From the NCBI GenBank assembly GCA_002688105.1, contig NZBQ01000006.1:1-46014 (forward strand): a stretch of DNA of 46,014 nt, given 5' to 3'. Both the position numbers and the translations under genes were made by a program. The stretch's first letter is position 1, and every line of letters begins with the position of its first letter. The notes under the pieces are model-generated. The model did not search any database, was not told where the DNA came from, and was given only the letters and a program-made list of their open reading frames with translations. This DNA is from Dehalococcoidales bacterium (GTDB lineage Bacteria > Chloroflexota > Dehalococcoidia > Dehalococcoidales > GCA-2688105). Of this stretch, positions 34,652-42,705 are shown one piece after another.

Positions 34652-35707
34652 ATGGAAGAATGGAGAAAGTTTGTAACCCCCCGGGAGCGGGACAACAACT
34701 GGAACGCATTGCTCTCTGGTGGGGCTAAGATACGCTTGCTTGAATCATTTATCGATTTTGAACTCGCTGCCCTTCTTGCCGCCGAGGGTCCTCTGTCCGC
34801 AGAGGCTATCGCCAAAAAACTGGCACTACATCCCCACCGTGCCCGGAAGTGGTTTCACCTTCTCAGTCTAGTTGGACTGGTGCAGGAGATAGTTCCCCCA
34901 GATAAACTTCCTGGTCATGGTGATGAGGTCTATGCCATCACGCCAATGGCACAGTCACTTTTTGGTGATGATGGCAAAAGTGGAGCATTCTATCGTGACC
35001 GGATGCGTTTTTGGCGTAATATAAGTGGGCTTGATTTCAACGCTGTCTTAAGGGGACTACCCCTACCGCTCGCCGTAGAGTGGCCACCACAAACGTTCGA
35101 GGCGGCAACCCATCTGGAATGGTGGATGAGAATAACCGCGCCGGGTGCTATCCAGGCTATAGAGAAGGCCGTAGATTTAAACACCGTAACCAAGATGCTT
35201 GACGCTGGGGGTGGTGATGGAACCATGGCTTGCGCTTTTGCTCAATCTCATCAAAATCTTGATATCACCGTGTTTAATCTGCCTAACTCCGCCTACCTAG
35301 CTCGTAATAAGGTTGCGCAGGAAAAGCTAAGCGATAAAATTACTATAGCTGAAGGGGATTTCTTGAGTGAAGAACCTTTTCCTGGTGGCTTTGAACTGGT
35401 TCTCTGGTCCCGTGTGTTTACTGACTGGGCGGCAGACGTTGTCCAAAGGCTAATAAGAAAGACATATGAAGCGCTTATTCCTGGTGGTCGGATAGCCATT
35501 TGTGAACCACTGCTCGAGAGTAATAAGGATCTGATTACTGAATGGGAGTTCCGCTATATTTTTTACGATGATTTTGGCGTAGCCGTTTTCAAAACAAGAG
35601 CAGTGTATGAACGACTTCTTACCGGAGCTGGCTTTGAATTAACCAGCTTTTCTGACAGGGACGATGAGAGCTGTTACAGCGCAATAATAGCTACCCGACC
35701 CCAATAG
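34652..35707 (+). CDS. SAM-dependent O-methyltransferase, COMT/Methyltransf_2 type with N-terminal winged-helix dimerisation domain
   Basis: SAM motif I 'MLDAGGGDGTMA' and 'ITIAEGDFL', with an N-terminal 'LAALLAAEGPLSAEAIAKKLALHPHRARKWFHLLSLVGLV' wHTH. The gap after the decarboxylase stop is 2 nt. Confidence 0.85.
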   Translation: MEEWRKFVTPRERDNNWNALLSGGAKIRLLESFIDFELAALLAAEGPLSAEAIAKKLALHPHRARKWFHLLSLVGLVQEIVPPDKLPGHGDEVYAITPMAQSLFGDDGKSGAFYRDRMRFWRNISGLDFNAVLRGLPLPLAVEWPPQTFEAATHLEWWMRITAPGAIQAIEKAVDLNTVTKMLDAGGGDGTMACAFAQSHQNLDITVFNLPNSAYLARNKVAQEKLSDKITIAEGDFLSEEPFPGGFELVLWSRVFTDWAADVVQRLIRKTYEALIPGGRIAICEPLLESNKDLITEWEFRYIFYDDFGVAVFKTRAVYERLLTGAGFELTSFSDRDDESCYSAIIATRPQ

Positions 35708-35723
35708 GGATTAACATCTATTC

Positions 35724-37367
35724 ATGTTGAAAGATAAATGGTCCAGGCTTGTTCGAAGTAGTGCACTGGGTAGTTTTATTGACGCCTTACTTCGTGGCTT
35801 CGGTCAAATTGTTTTCTGCAACAATCCTCTTATTGGCTTAATCATACTTATCGGCTTTATAGATAGCCCTATTAGTGGCCTACTAGCCCTTTTGAGCAGC
35901 ACAATAGCCATACTAACCGCCATATTGACCAAGACCGAGCGTTATCTCATCAAATCGGGGTTATTCGGCTGTAGTGGTGCTTTAATTGGTTTTGTTTTTG
36001 CTTTTTACCTGCCGCTGAACTGGCAGCTAATACCCGCATTGGTATTGTCCGGTATCTTGTCCGCTTTGCTGATCAAGCTTCTCATTAGAAATCTATCTAT
36101 CAAGGTCAACCTGCCCGTCCTGAGTATACCTTTCGTCCTTGTTACTTGGTTGGGTCTACTGTCCCTGCGCCACATACCAACTTCTCCCACTATGCTCGAC
36201 AATCTACCTGGGTTTCTTATTAGTGGTCAAATTGAGCAATTGCTAGCCCCTCTTTTGCCAGAATCAATCAGTACCATATTCCACACTATTAGCGCCATCT
36301 TCTTTCAATATAGCGTCTTTATCGGCATGTTATGCCTTTTAGGTCTTATCTTACATTCTAGAATATCTACCGTCTTCGGGATTGCAGGTGGTGTCATAGG
36401 AATAACGTTATTTAGCCTATTCACACCGGGGGGAGAATACGCTAGCAAACTAACGGTCGGTTTTAACTGTGCTCTAATAAGCATAGCTCTCGGAGGCTTC
36501 TTCATCACTCTCACCTGGCAGTCCACACTTTATGCTCTTTTCGCGGTATTTACGGGGGGAGTAGTTGGCATGGCCTTGGTAAATCTTCTAGGCCTGGTTA
36601 ATATCCCAGCCCTAGCCGCTTCATTTAACCTAGTTACTTTACTTTTTTTATTTATACTCGGGAAAGCACCTTCCAAAATCAGCAGCGTTGGACTTAAACT
36701 TGTCCCACTTGCCTGGGTAGATAAACCCGAAACGTATTCTAATTGGAACTTATTAGTGAATATGAAAAGGATAAACCAACAGGTTAGGCTTTCACTCCCG
36801 TTTTACGGTATCTGGTATGTATCACGCGGAAACAATAGAAAGCCTACCCACTCAGGGGCTTCTGCTTATGCCTGGGATTTTATAGTTCTTAATGAGCGTA
36901 AGAAATTATTTAGAGGTACGGGTACTGATAATAAGGATTATTATTCCTTTGGTCTGCCGGTATTGGCACCGGCTCCAGGTAAAGTAGCTAAAGTCACCGA
37001 TTCAGCCCCCGATAATACTCCCCCTATCGCAAATTGGGAACAGAGCTGGGGCAACTATGTAATAATCGACCACGGTAACGACGAATTTAGCGAGATTAGC
37101 CACTTAAAGCAGCATTCTATTGTGGTGAGAGAAGGCGATGAGGTGGACAGGGGGCAGTTGATAGGTAATTGCGGGAATTCAGGACTATCTATGGCATCAC
37201 ATATCCACTATCAACTACAAAAAGCAAGTAGCTTAGGAGCAGATTCGATGCCCGCCAAGTTTCACAATTACAAAATACATAAAAGCTTCACCAAAATCAC
37301 AGTAATGGAGGAAGGAAGACCCAAGGAAAAGGAGCTCGTCTCAAATTCGCTATCTGATGGGTCTTAA
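35724..37367 (+). CDS. Fusion protein: urea-transporter (UT) family channel domain plus C-terminal M23 (LytM-type) metallopeptidase domain
   Basis: The N-terminal roughly 320 aa are polytopic, with the UT-like motif 'LRGFGQIVFCNNPLIGLIILIG'. The C-terminus carries 'THSGASAYAWDF', 'NYVIIDHGNDEFSEISHLK' and 'GNCGNSGLSMASHIHYQL' (M23 H...D, H and HxH elements). Confidence 0.75.
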   Translation: MLKDKWSRLVRSSALGSFIDALLRGFGQIVFCNNPLIGLIILIGFIDSPISGLLALLSSTIAILTAILTKTERYLIKSGLFGCSGALIGFVFAFYLPLNWQLIPALVLSGILSALLIKLLIRNLSIKVNLPVLSIPFVLVTWLGLLSLRHIPTSPTMLDNLPGFLISGQIEQLLAPLLPESISTIFHTISAIFFQYSVFIGMLCLLGLILHSRISTVFGIAGGVIGITLFSLFTPGGEYASKLTVGFNCALISIALGGFFITLTWQSTLYALFAVFTGGVVGMALVNLLGLVNIPALAASFNLVTLLFLFILGKAPSKISSVGLKLVPLAWVDKPETYSNWNLLVNMKRINQQVRLSLPFYGIWYVSRGNNRKPTHSGASAYAWDFIVLNERKKLFRGTGTDNKDYYSFGLPVLAPAPGKVAKVTDSAPDNTPPIANWEQSWGNYVIIDHGNDEFSEISHLKQHSIVVREGDEVDRGQLIGNCGNSGLSMASHIHYQLQKASSLGADSMPAKFHNYKIHKSFTKITVMEEGRPKEKELVSNSLSDGS

Positions 37368-37497
37368 CCCCGGTATTTGTAATTTAGAGCATGGAGCTAT
37401 AGATACTAGACACGACATACCACTTATTTCCATGATGTGTTTCAAGTAACAAAATGACGTTTCGTGCAATCCATATCTAAGCACAATGTGCCTCCAA

Positions 37498-37526
37498 TTG
37501 ACACTTTATGTTGACAGTTCTATAGT
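37498..37526 (+). promoter_or_regulatory. Near-consensus sigma-70 promoter in front of the hsdM stub
   Basis: TTGACA (37498-37503), a 17-nt spacer, then TATAGT (37521-37526). SD AAGGAGG (37544-37550) precedes ATG 37557. Confidence 0.55.
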
Positions 37527-37556
37527 AGTGCCAGAAAGCATCCAAGGAGGCAATCC

Positions 37557-37745
37557 ATGCCAAACCATAACTCTAGGCTTGAACTCGGCACTCTGGAGAA
37601 CTGGCTGTGGGATGCAGCTTGCGTGATTCGGGGGCCGATAGACGCCCCCAAGTTTAAAGATTACATTCTTCCTCTTGTCTTTCTGAAACGCCTCTCTGAT
37701 GTTTTTGAGGATGAGTTACAGCAGCTTGCCATTCAAGCCCGATGA
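37557..37745 (+). pseudogene. hsdM: N-terminal fragment of a type I restriction-modification methyltransferase (HsdM_N domain only)
   Basis: '[41 protein letters not shown]' is the canonical HsdM N-terminus. The ORF stops after 62 aa, and no methylase core, hsdS or hsdR follows. Confidence 0.7.
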
Positions 37746-37927
37746 AATTGGGCGCTAATATTCAATTCAAAGGAGGAAACCATAACGGAATTGAGGGCTT
37801 TCTTGCTGGTAGTTCATCTGTTATCGACTTTGCTGATGGCCGCCCCGTTCTACATGCTGGTTGTCGTTACTGAGCAGGGGCACGCTCCACAGCAATTTCA
37901 CGAAAACATTAAGATAAGGAGGGAGAC

Positions 37928-39088
37928 ATGACAGGCAAAACTATCGTAATCCTGGGGGGTGGTTTCGGTGGCCTGGCCACAGTGCAGCAATTGCGTAGAG
38001 CGCTACCGACCGAGCACCGCGTAGTAGTGGTGGAAAGGCAAAACACCTTCTCTTTGAGCTCCTTCAATATGAGGTTTATGGTTGGAGAGATAAAAGACAG
38101 ACGGGAAGTAGAACGGCCACTTTCTGAATTGGCGAGTAAGGGCATTGAATGGGTGCACGACGAAATCCTGGAATTAGATCCAGCAGCGCGAAGGGTGCGC
38201 ACTTCCTCTGGAACGCTGGAGGGAGACTATCTGATTATCGCTCTGGGCGCTGAAAAAGACGGGAGTGGCATACCTGGCTTTGCCGAATCAGCCTATAACC
38301 TGTATGATGCTAACCAAGCTCTTCTGGTTCACAAGCCCTTGCAGGAATTGGATACTGGGAGAGCTATCGTGCTGGTCTGCCGTAGCCCCTTTTCCTGTCC
38401 GGCGGCTCCTTATGAGGCTGCCTTTCTGATGGACTCGACCTTCCGGAGTAAAGGAAACCGACAGCAGGTGGAGGTAGCCGTTTACACCCCAGAACTGAAG
38501 CCCATGGCCGGCGCTGGCCCAGCGATGGGCGATGCCGTCATTGGTATGCTAAAGGAGCATGATATAAAGTACAACCCACAACAGAAAGTTCAGAGGATAG
38601 AGAGTGGGGACCGCAAGATTGTTTTTGAAGACGGCGAGACTTCTTTCGACTTGCTGGTGGGTATACCGCCCCATACCGTACCAAAGGTAGTACGGGAAGC
38701 TGGCCTAACAGACGAAACGGGCTGGATCCCTGTTGAGATCGATACTCTGGAGACACGTTACCCCAGCGTCTTTGCCATTGGCGATGTGACATCCATTAAG
38801 CAGCCCAACCCCACAGGTCTCTCCCTGCCCAAGGCGGGGGTATTTGCTGATGAGCAGGGCCGTGTGGTAGCGACGAACATAGCGGCTAAACTCAGAGGAG
38901 AAGACAAGTCCAAAAAGTTCGACGGAAAGGGTTTCTGTTACATTGAAGCCGGCGATGGCCAAGCCGCTTACGGTTCCGGTAACTTCTACGGCTATCCTGG
39001 CCCCATTGTATACCTGGAGCCTCCCTCCCAAAAGCTCCACGAAGAGCGGAAAAGGCTCGAACTGGACCAGTTAGAAGAGCTAGTGTGA
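37928..39088 (+). CDS. FAD-dependent pyridine-nucleotide-disulfide oxidoreductase (sulfide:quinone oxidoreductase / NDH-2-like)
   Basis: 'KTIVILGGGFGGLATV' dinucleotide-binding motif, 'VFAIGDV', 386 aa, and a strong SD AAGGAGGGAG. Confidence 0.8.
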   Translation: MTGKTIVILGGGFGGLATVQQLRRALPTEHRVVVVERQNTFSLSSFNMRFMVGEIKDRREVERPLSELASKGIEWVHDEILELDPAARRVRTSSGTLEGDYLIIALGAEKDGSGIPGFAESAYNLYDANQALLVHKPLQELDTGRAIVLVCRSPFSCPAAPYEAAFLMDSTFRSKGNRQQVEVAVYTPELKPMAGAGPAMGDAVIGMLKEHDIKYNPQQKVQRIESGDRKIVFEDGETSFDLLVGIPPHTVPKVVREAGLTDETGWIPVEIDTLETRYPSVFAIGDVTSIKQPNPTGLSLPKAGVFADEQGRVVATNIAAKLRGEDKSKKFDGKGFCYIEAGDGQAAYGSGNFYGYPGPIVYLEPPSQKLHEERKRLELDQLEELV

Positions 39089-39190
39089 TCACGAGGGGGA
39101 TGTTCGCAGACGCTTCAGAGGAATTATGACAGACTGGGCGTTTATCATCAAACTGGGTAGCCTTTGCGGCACTCGCCTCGCTGCTTAGTT

Positions 39191-39397
39191 ATGTCCACTT
39201 TCCTAACCTTCCTTGCTTGGCGCGGTCAGCGAAAGCGCCTTGCCAGCATTTGCCTTTTCCTGGTGCTGACAGCGCTCATCATGGGCTTGAGGGCGACCTT
39301 CTCCTATAATTATATTCTTGCCATAGGACTGATAATAGTAGCTACGCTCTACGCCTGGATGGTATATCGCAAGCCGGTGCCGCTGGGCTGGATATAG
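39191..39397 (+). CDS. Small membrane protein (two helices), unknown function
   Basis: A hydrophobic 68-aa ORF from ATG 39191. The start is uncertain because the track ORF begins at TTG 39164. Confidence 0.35.
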   Translation: MSTFLTFLAWRGQRKRLASICLFLVLTALIMGLRATFSYNYILAIGLIIVATLYAWMVYRKPVPLGWI

Positions 39398-39526
39398 GGT
39401 CATATCGCCGATGCCGACAAATATGACGCTTGGTACGATACTGAGGCGGGCAAATCAATATTTGCCCTAGAAGTAGACTGTCTTAAGCCCCTTACCCATC
39501 TCCATCGAAACATTTGGAGGCACTAG
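39398..39526 (+). pseudogene. N-terminal stub of a class I SAM-dependent methyltransferase
   Basis: The frame reads 'GHIADADKYDAWYDTEAGKSIFALEVDCLKPL...*', resembling the common 'YD.WY.T..G' N-terminus of Methyltransf_11/25-type enzymes. There is no start codon and no SAM-binding core. Confidence 0.35.
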
Positions 39527-39563
39527 CTTTGCATATCTGGGCGAGGTTTGGTAAATTGGTAAG

Positions 39564-40412
39564 ATGGATGGTTTTGTCATGCCAGTTATCCGGATTTCCA
39601 TCATTATCGCCAGCGTCGGCGTGGTAATTATCGCCCTCATCTACATCTTGCAGCCTCATTACGTCTACTATCCTGAACGCAATCTTACCGCGGACCCTGG
39701 CAGGCTCGGGCTTCGGTTCGATAGCATCTACTTTGAAACTGCGGACGGACTAACACTATCCGCCTGGTTCATCCCGGGCGACAACGCTAGAGGTGTGATT
39801 CTATTTTGTCATGGTAATGCGGGCAATATATCCCACCGCTTGGAGTCCATTCAAATATTTCATCGACTTGGACTGGACGTTTTCATCTTCGACTACCGAG
39901 GTTATGGTCAGAGCGAGGGAAAGCCCAACGAGCCGGGCACGTACCAAGATGCCGAAGCAGCGTGGCGGTACCTAATTGAGGAACGCCAGTTGGCCCCAGC
40001 CGACATCATCGTCTTCGGCCGGTCGCTTGGAGGAGCGGTTGCCTCATGGCTTACCCGGAGCCACACCCCGAGGGCGCTTATCCTCGAGTCAACATTCACC
40101 TCCCTTCGCGAGATTGCTGGCACACTGTATCCGTATCTTCCGGTTAAGCTATTATTGCGTTTCCAATACAATACAGCCGCGTATCTTCGTGGAGTGAACT
40201 GTCCGGTTCTGATTGTCCATAGCCGGGACGATGAAATAATGCCCTTCAGCCAGGGGCGTCACCTATTTGATATAGCCAAGGAGCCAAAACATTTTCTCGA
40301 AATCACCGGTACCCATAATGAGGGGTTCATCGCCTCCGGCAAACATTACGAAGCCGGCCTGAATGGTTTCATCTCAAAGTACGCTGAACCCGAGAGGAGT
40401 GCCCCCCTATGA
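39564..40412 (+). CDS. Alpha/beta-fold hydrolase with N-terminal membrane anchor
   Basis: 'ILFCHGNAGNISHR', the nucleophile elbow 'FGRSLGGAVA' and 'HSRDDEIMPF...GTHNEGF' (a Ser-Asp-His arrangement). Confidence 0.8.
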   Translation: MDGFVMPVIRISIIIASVGVVIIALIYILQPHYVYYPERNLTADPGRLGLRFDSIYFETADGLTLSAWFIPGDNARGVILFCHGNAGNISHRLESIQIFHRLGLDVFIFDYRGYGQSEGKPNEPGTYQDAEAAWRYLIEERQLAPADIIVFGRSLGGAVASWLTRSHTPRALILESTFTSLREIAGTLYPYLPVKLLLRFQYNTAAYLRGVNCPVLIVHSRDDEIMPFSQGRHLFDIAKEPKHFLEITGTHNEGFIASGKHYEAGLNGFISKYAEPERSAPL

Positions 40413-40699
40413 TTGGACAGAAAGGGTTAGGAGAGTCTGACGAGGTGCCCCATTATTCTGGTGAATAAGCAGTCAGTCTTCAAAGTCATTGGGTGGGAGC
40501 CGGGGGCATCGCTATACCAGAGTTTATTCTATATTAGTGGGCCATCCGGGACAGTTCCCGAACTTTTGTTTAATAAGAAGCAGCTTATTCTGGCTTTAGA
40601 ACAGCTTCTAGGCTCACATTACATTTAAAGATGCAAAGTTTGGAAGATGGAACGATGAGCATTTCTTTCATAGCGCTGGTTACTCTAGCCTCTGCCTAA

Positions 40700-42550
40700 T
40701 TAGATCTCCTGCCTCTTACCGTGTTCCATGCGGTATAGTCCTATATAACTTGCTTGAATGAAGGTCTGCGAAAAGTAAGGTACGCAGGCTAGTTCAATGT
40801 AGTGGACCCGGGACGCTATAGCTTGTGCCTCAGCCCGCTTACTGAGGGAAATTAGAGCCATCTTAGCTCCCATACCGGCTGCATTCCCTACCTGCTGAAA
40901 ACAGCCTAGAGGCAGAGAGGGTAGCATACCAATATTTACTGCGCTGGCCACATTAATGTAACTGCCAAAGGCTCCCGCGATAATTACCCGCTCGATTTCC
41001 GCCTCGGAACAGCCATTCGTTTCCATAGCAATCTGGATGCCAGTGCGAATGGCTGCCTTAGCCAGTTGTAGTTCCCGCACGTCCTGCTGAGTGATAACAA
41101 TAGCCGGTTGGCCATTTCGTTTTTCCTCACTAATAAATACAAACTCACGCCGTTTCTGGCGGGTGCGAAGGTGAGGATGGTTGCCCTGCATCCTGCCACC
41201 TCCATCGAGTACCCCAGCCAGGTACAATTGAGCCATGGCATCAATGGTGCCAGAGCCACAGATGCCAACCGGGGGAGCTTTATCGATGGCCTGGTACTGG
41301 ATGTCATCTTTTGCTATTCGCAGTCGTTCGATGGCTCCCTTGGCCGCCCGCATACCATCCTTAATGTGATAACCTTCGAATGCGGGACCGGAGGCACACG
41401 AAACAGTAGTTATCTTTCCATTATTCACTAGGGAAACTTCAGTATTAGTCCCTATGTCTATAGCCACCTGTATCCCCTCGGCCTTCCCGACCCCCGTGCT
41501 TAGCAACATCGCTACATGGTCGGCACCGACAAAACCAGCAATATTAGGTAGCACATGCACATATGCCCCTGGAGCCATATTTAAGCCTAAATCACGAGCC
41601 TTAATGTCCAGATCCCGGCTAACTGCCGGCATAAAGGGGGAAAAAGCCAATTGCTTTACCGGCAGACCGAGAAATAGGTGGTGCATGGCGGTATTACCCA
41701 CCACTACTGCTTCAACAATTTCTTCTGTGTTGGCACCGACCTCGGCACACAGTTCAACAGCTAGCCGGTTTAATGCTTCCACAGCTAACTTCTGTAGATG
41801 GAAACCATCATTTGGCGAGTTTATGGCGCAGGTAATGCGACTGACTATATCCTCTCCATAGCTAATCTGGGGATTCATCATCCCTTTGGCGGCTAAAGTT
41901 CGACCATTGCTCAGATCAACCAGATAGCCGGCAATCTTGGTGGTGCCTAGATCTACGGCTATCCCCAGTTGTTGGCTTGGCCAGGGGCCGAGAGCTACTA
42001 CTTCGTCATTGCGAACTGTAGCCTGGCACTGCCAATTCCAGGACCTCAATTGAGGGGAGAGAATACGCAGGACATCAATATCAACCTGGCTACAATGTAA
42101 CTGGTGCTGCCGGTTCAATCCTTCTAGCAGACATTCGGCATCAGCTTGCAGATTGGACAAAGATGGAGCTTCTAGTTTTGATAGGTAGTAGGCTCTAACG
42201 GGTGGTTCTGGGTGAACCGTCAACTCTAGTCCCTCCACCTGGGTACGCTGTGGGGTGGTCATCGACTCGGCCGGTACACTTACTTTGCCATTGCTGATAG
42301 GATAGGCTTGGCAGGCCAGGCGCCAGCCATCTTCGAGTTCTTCGGATGAAAAAACCTCCAGCTCACTGAGTGTTGGTTCTGAGATGACTCCGCTTAAAAT
42401 CTGTACCTTGCAGGCTTGACATACTCCTTTGCCGGCGCACAGACTGATAATGTCTGCACCGAGCCGACGGGCACAAGTCAAAAGAGACTCATTGCTCTGG
42501 CATTGTCCTCTTCGACCTACCGGTTCAAAGTAAATTTTGTAAACTGTCAT
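40700..42550 (-). CDS. ASKHA-fold corrinoid reductive activase (RACo-like) with N-terminal [2Fe-2S] ferredoxin domain
   Basis: N-terminal plant-type ferredoxin Cys pattern 'CAGKGVCQACKV...' followed by 'IAVDLGTTKIAGYLVD' and 'VAIDIGTNTEVSL' ASKHA phosphate motifs. ATG 42550 is preferred over the track start at 42592. Confidence 0.8.
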   Translation of the reverse strand: MTVYKIYFEPVGRRGQCQSNESLLTCARRLGADIISLCAGKGVCQACKVQILSGVISEPTLSELEVFSSEELEDGWRLACQAYPISNGKVSVPAESMTTPQRTQVEGLELTVHPEPPVRAYYLSKLEAPSLSNLQADAECLLEGLNRQHQLHCSQVDIDVLRILSPQLRSWNWQCQATVRNDEVVALGPWPSQQLGIAVDLGTTKIAGYLVDLSNGRTLAAKGMMNPQISYGEDIVSRITCAINSPNDGFHLQKLAVEALNRLAVELCAEVGANTEEIVEAVVVGNTAMHHLFLGLPVKQLAFSPFMPAVSRDLDIKARDLGLNMAPGAYVHVLPNIAGFVGADHVAMLLSTGVGKAEGIQVAIDIGTNTEVSLVNNGKITTVSCASGPAFEGYHIKDGMRAAKGAIERLRIAKDDIQYQAIDKAPPVGICGSGTIDAMAQLYLAGVLDGGGRMQGNHPHLRTRQKRREFVFISEEKRNGQPAIVITQQDVRELQLAKAAIRTGIQIAMETNGCSEAEIERVIIAGAFGSYINVASAVNIGMLPSLPLGCFQQVGNAAGMGAKMALISLSKRAEAQAIASRVHYIELACVPYFSQTFIQASYIGLYRMEHGKRQEI

Positions 42551-42661
42551 TTTACTTCTATTCAGCTTTGACTCGTTTCTCACCCATCCCATTCAGTAGC
42601 GGTAGGTTTTTCTCAGGTTACAGCGGGCATAGACTTCAATCTGTATCAGGTCTGACCTATT

Positions 42662-42679
42662 GGCATTTACCCCTCTCAA
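42662..42679 (-). repeat. Possible further copy of the stop-codon-proximal repeat core
   Basis: The minus strand reads 'TTGAGAGGGGTAAATGCC', compared with 'TTGAGAGGGGCTAAGCC' (12378) and 'TTAAGAGGGGCTAACGCC' (3201). It lies just 3' of the UroD-family stop. Confidence 0.3.
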
Positions 42680-42705
42680 TCATATTTCTTCTGGTCTAGG
42701 CTCAC

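Noticed and set aside
39089-39190. Possible frameshifted longer membrane protein upstream of 39191. Hydrophobic translations appear in all three frames, e.g. 'MTDWAFIIKLGS' and 'WVAFAALASLLSYV'.
   Set aside because: T-rich sequence gives hydrophobic peptides in any frame. No family motif supports a frameshift call.
40431-40630. Short open frame after the hydrolase gene ('...FYISGPSGTVPELLFNKKQLILALEQLLGSHYI') that hints at a truncated P-loop protein.
   Set aside because: 'GPSGT' is not followed by the GK(S/T) of a Walker A motif. Only a GTG start is available, there is no SD, and it is under 60 aa, so the evidence is insufficient.
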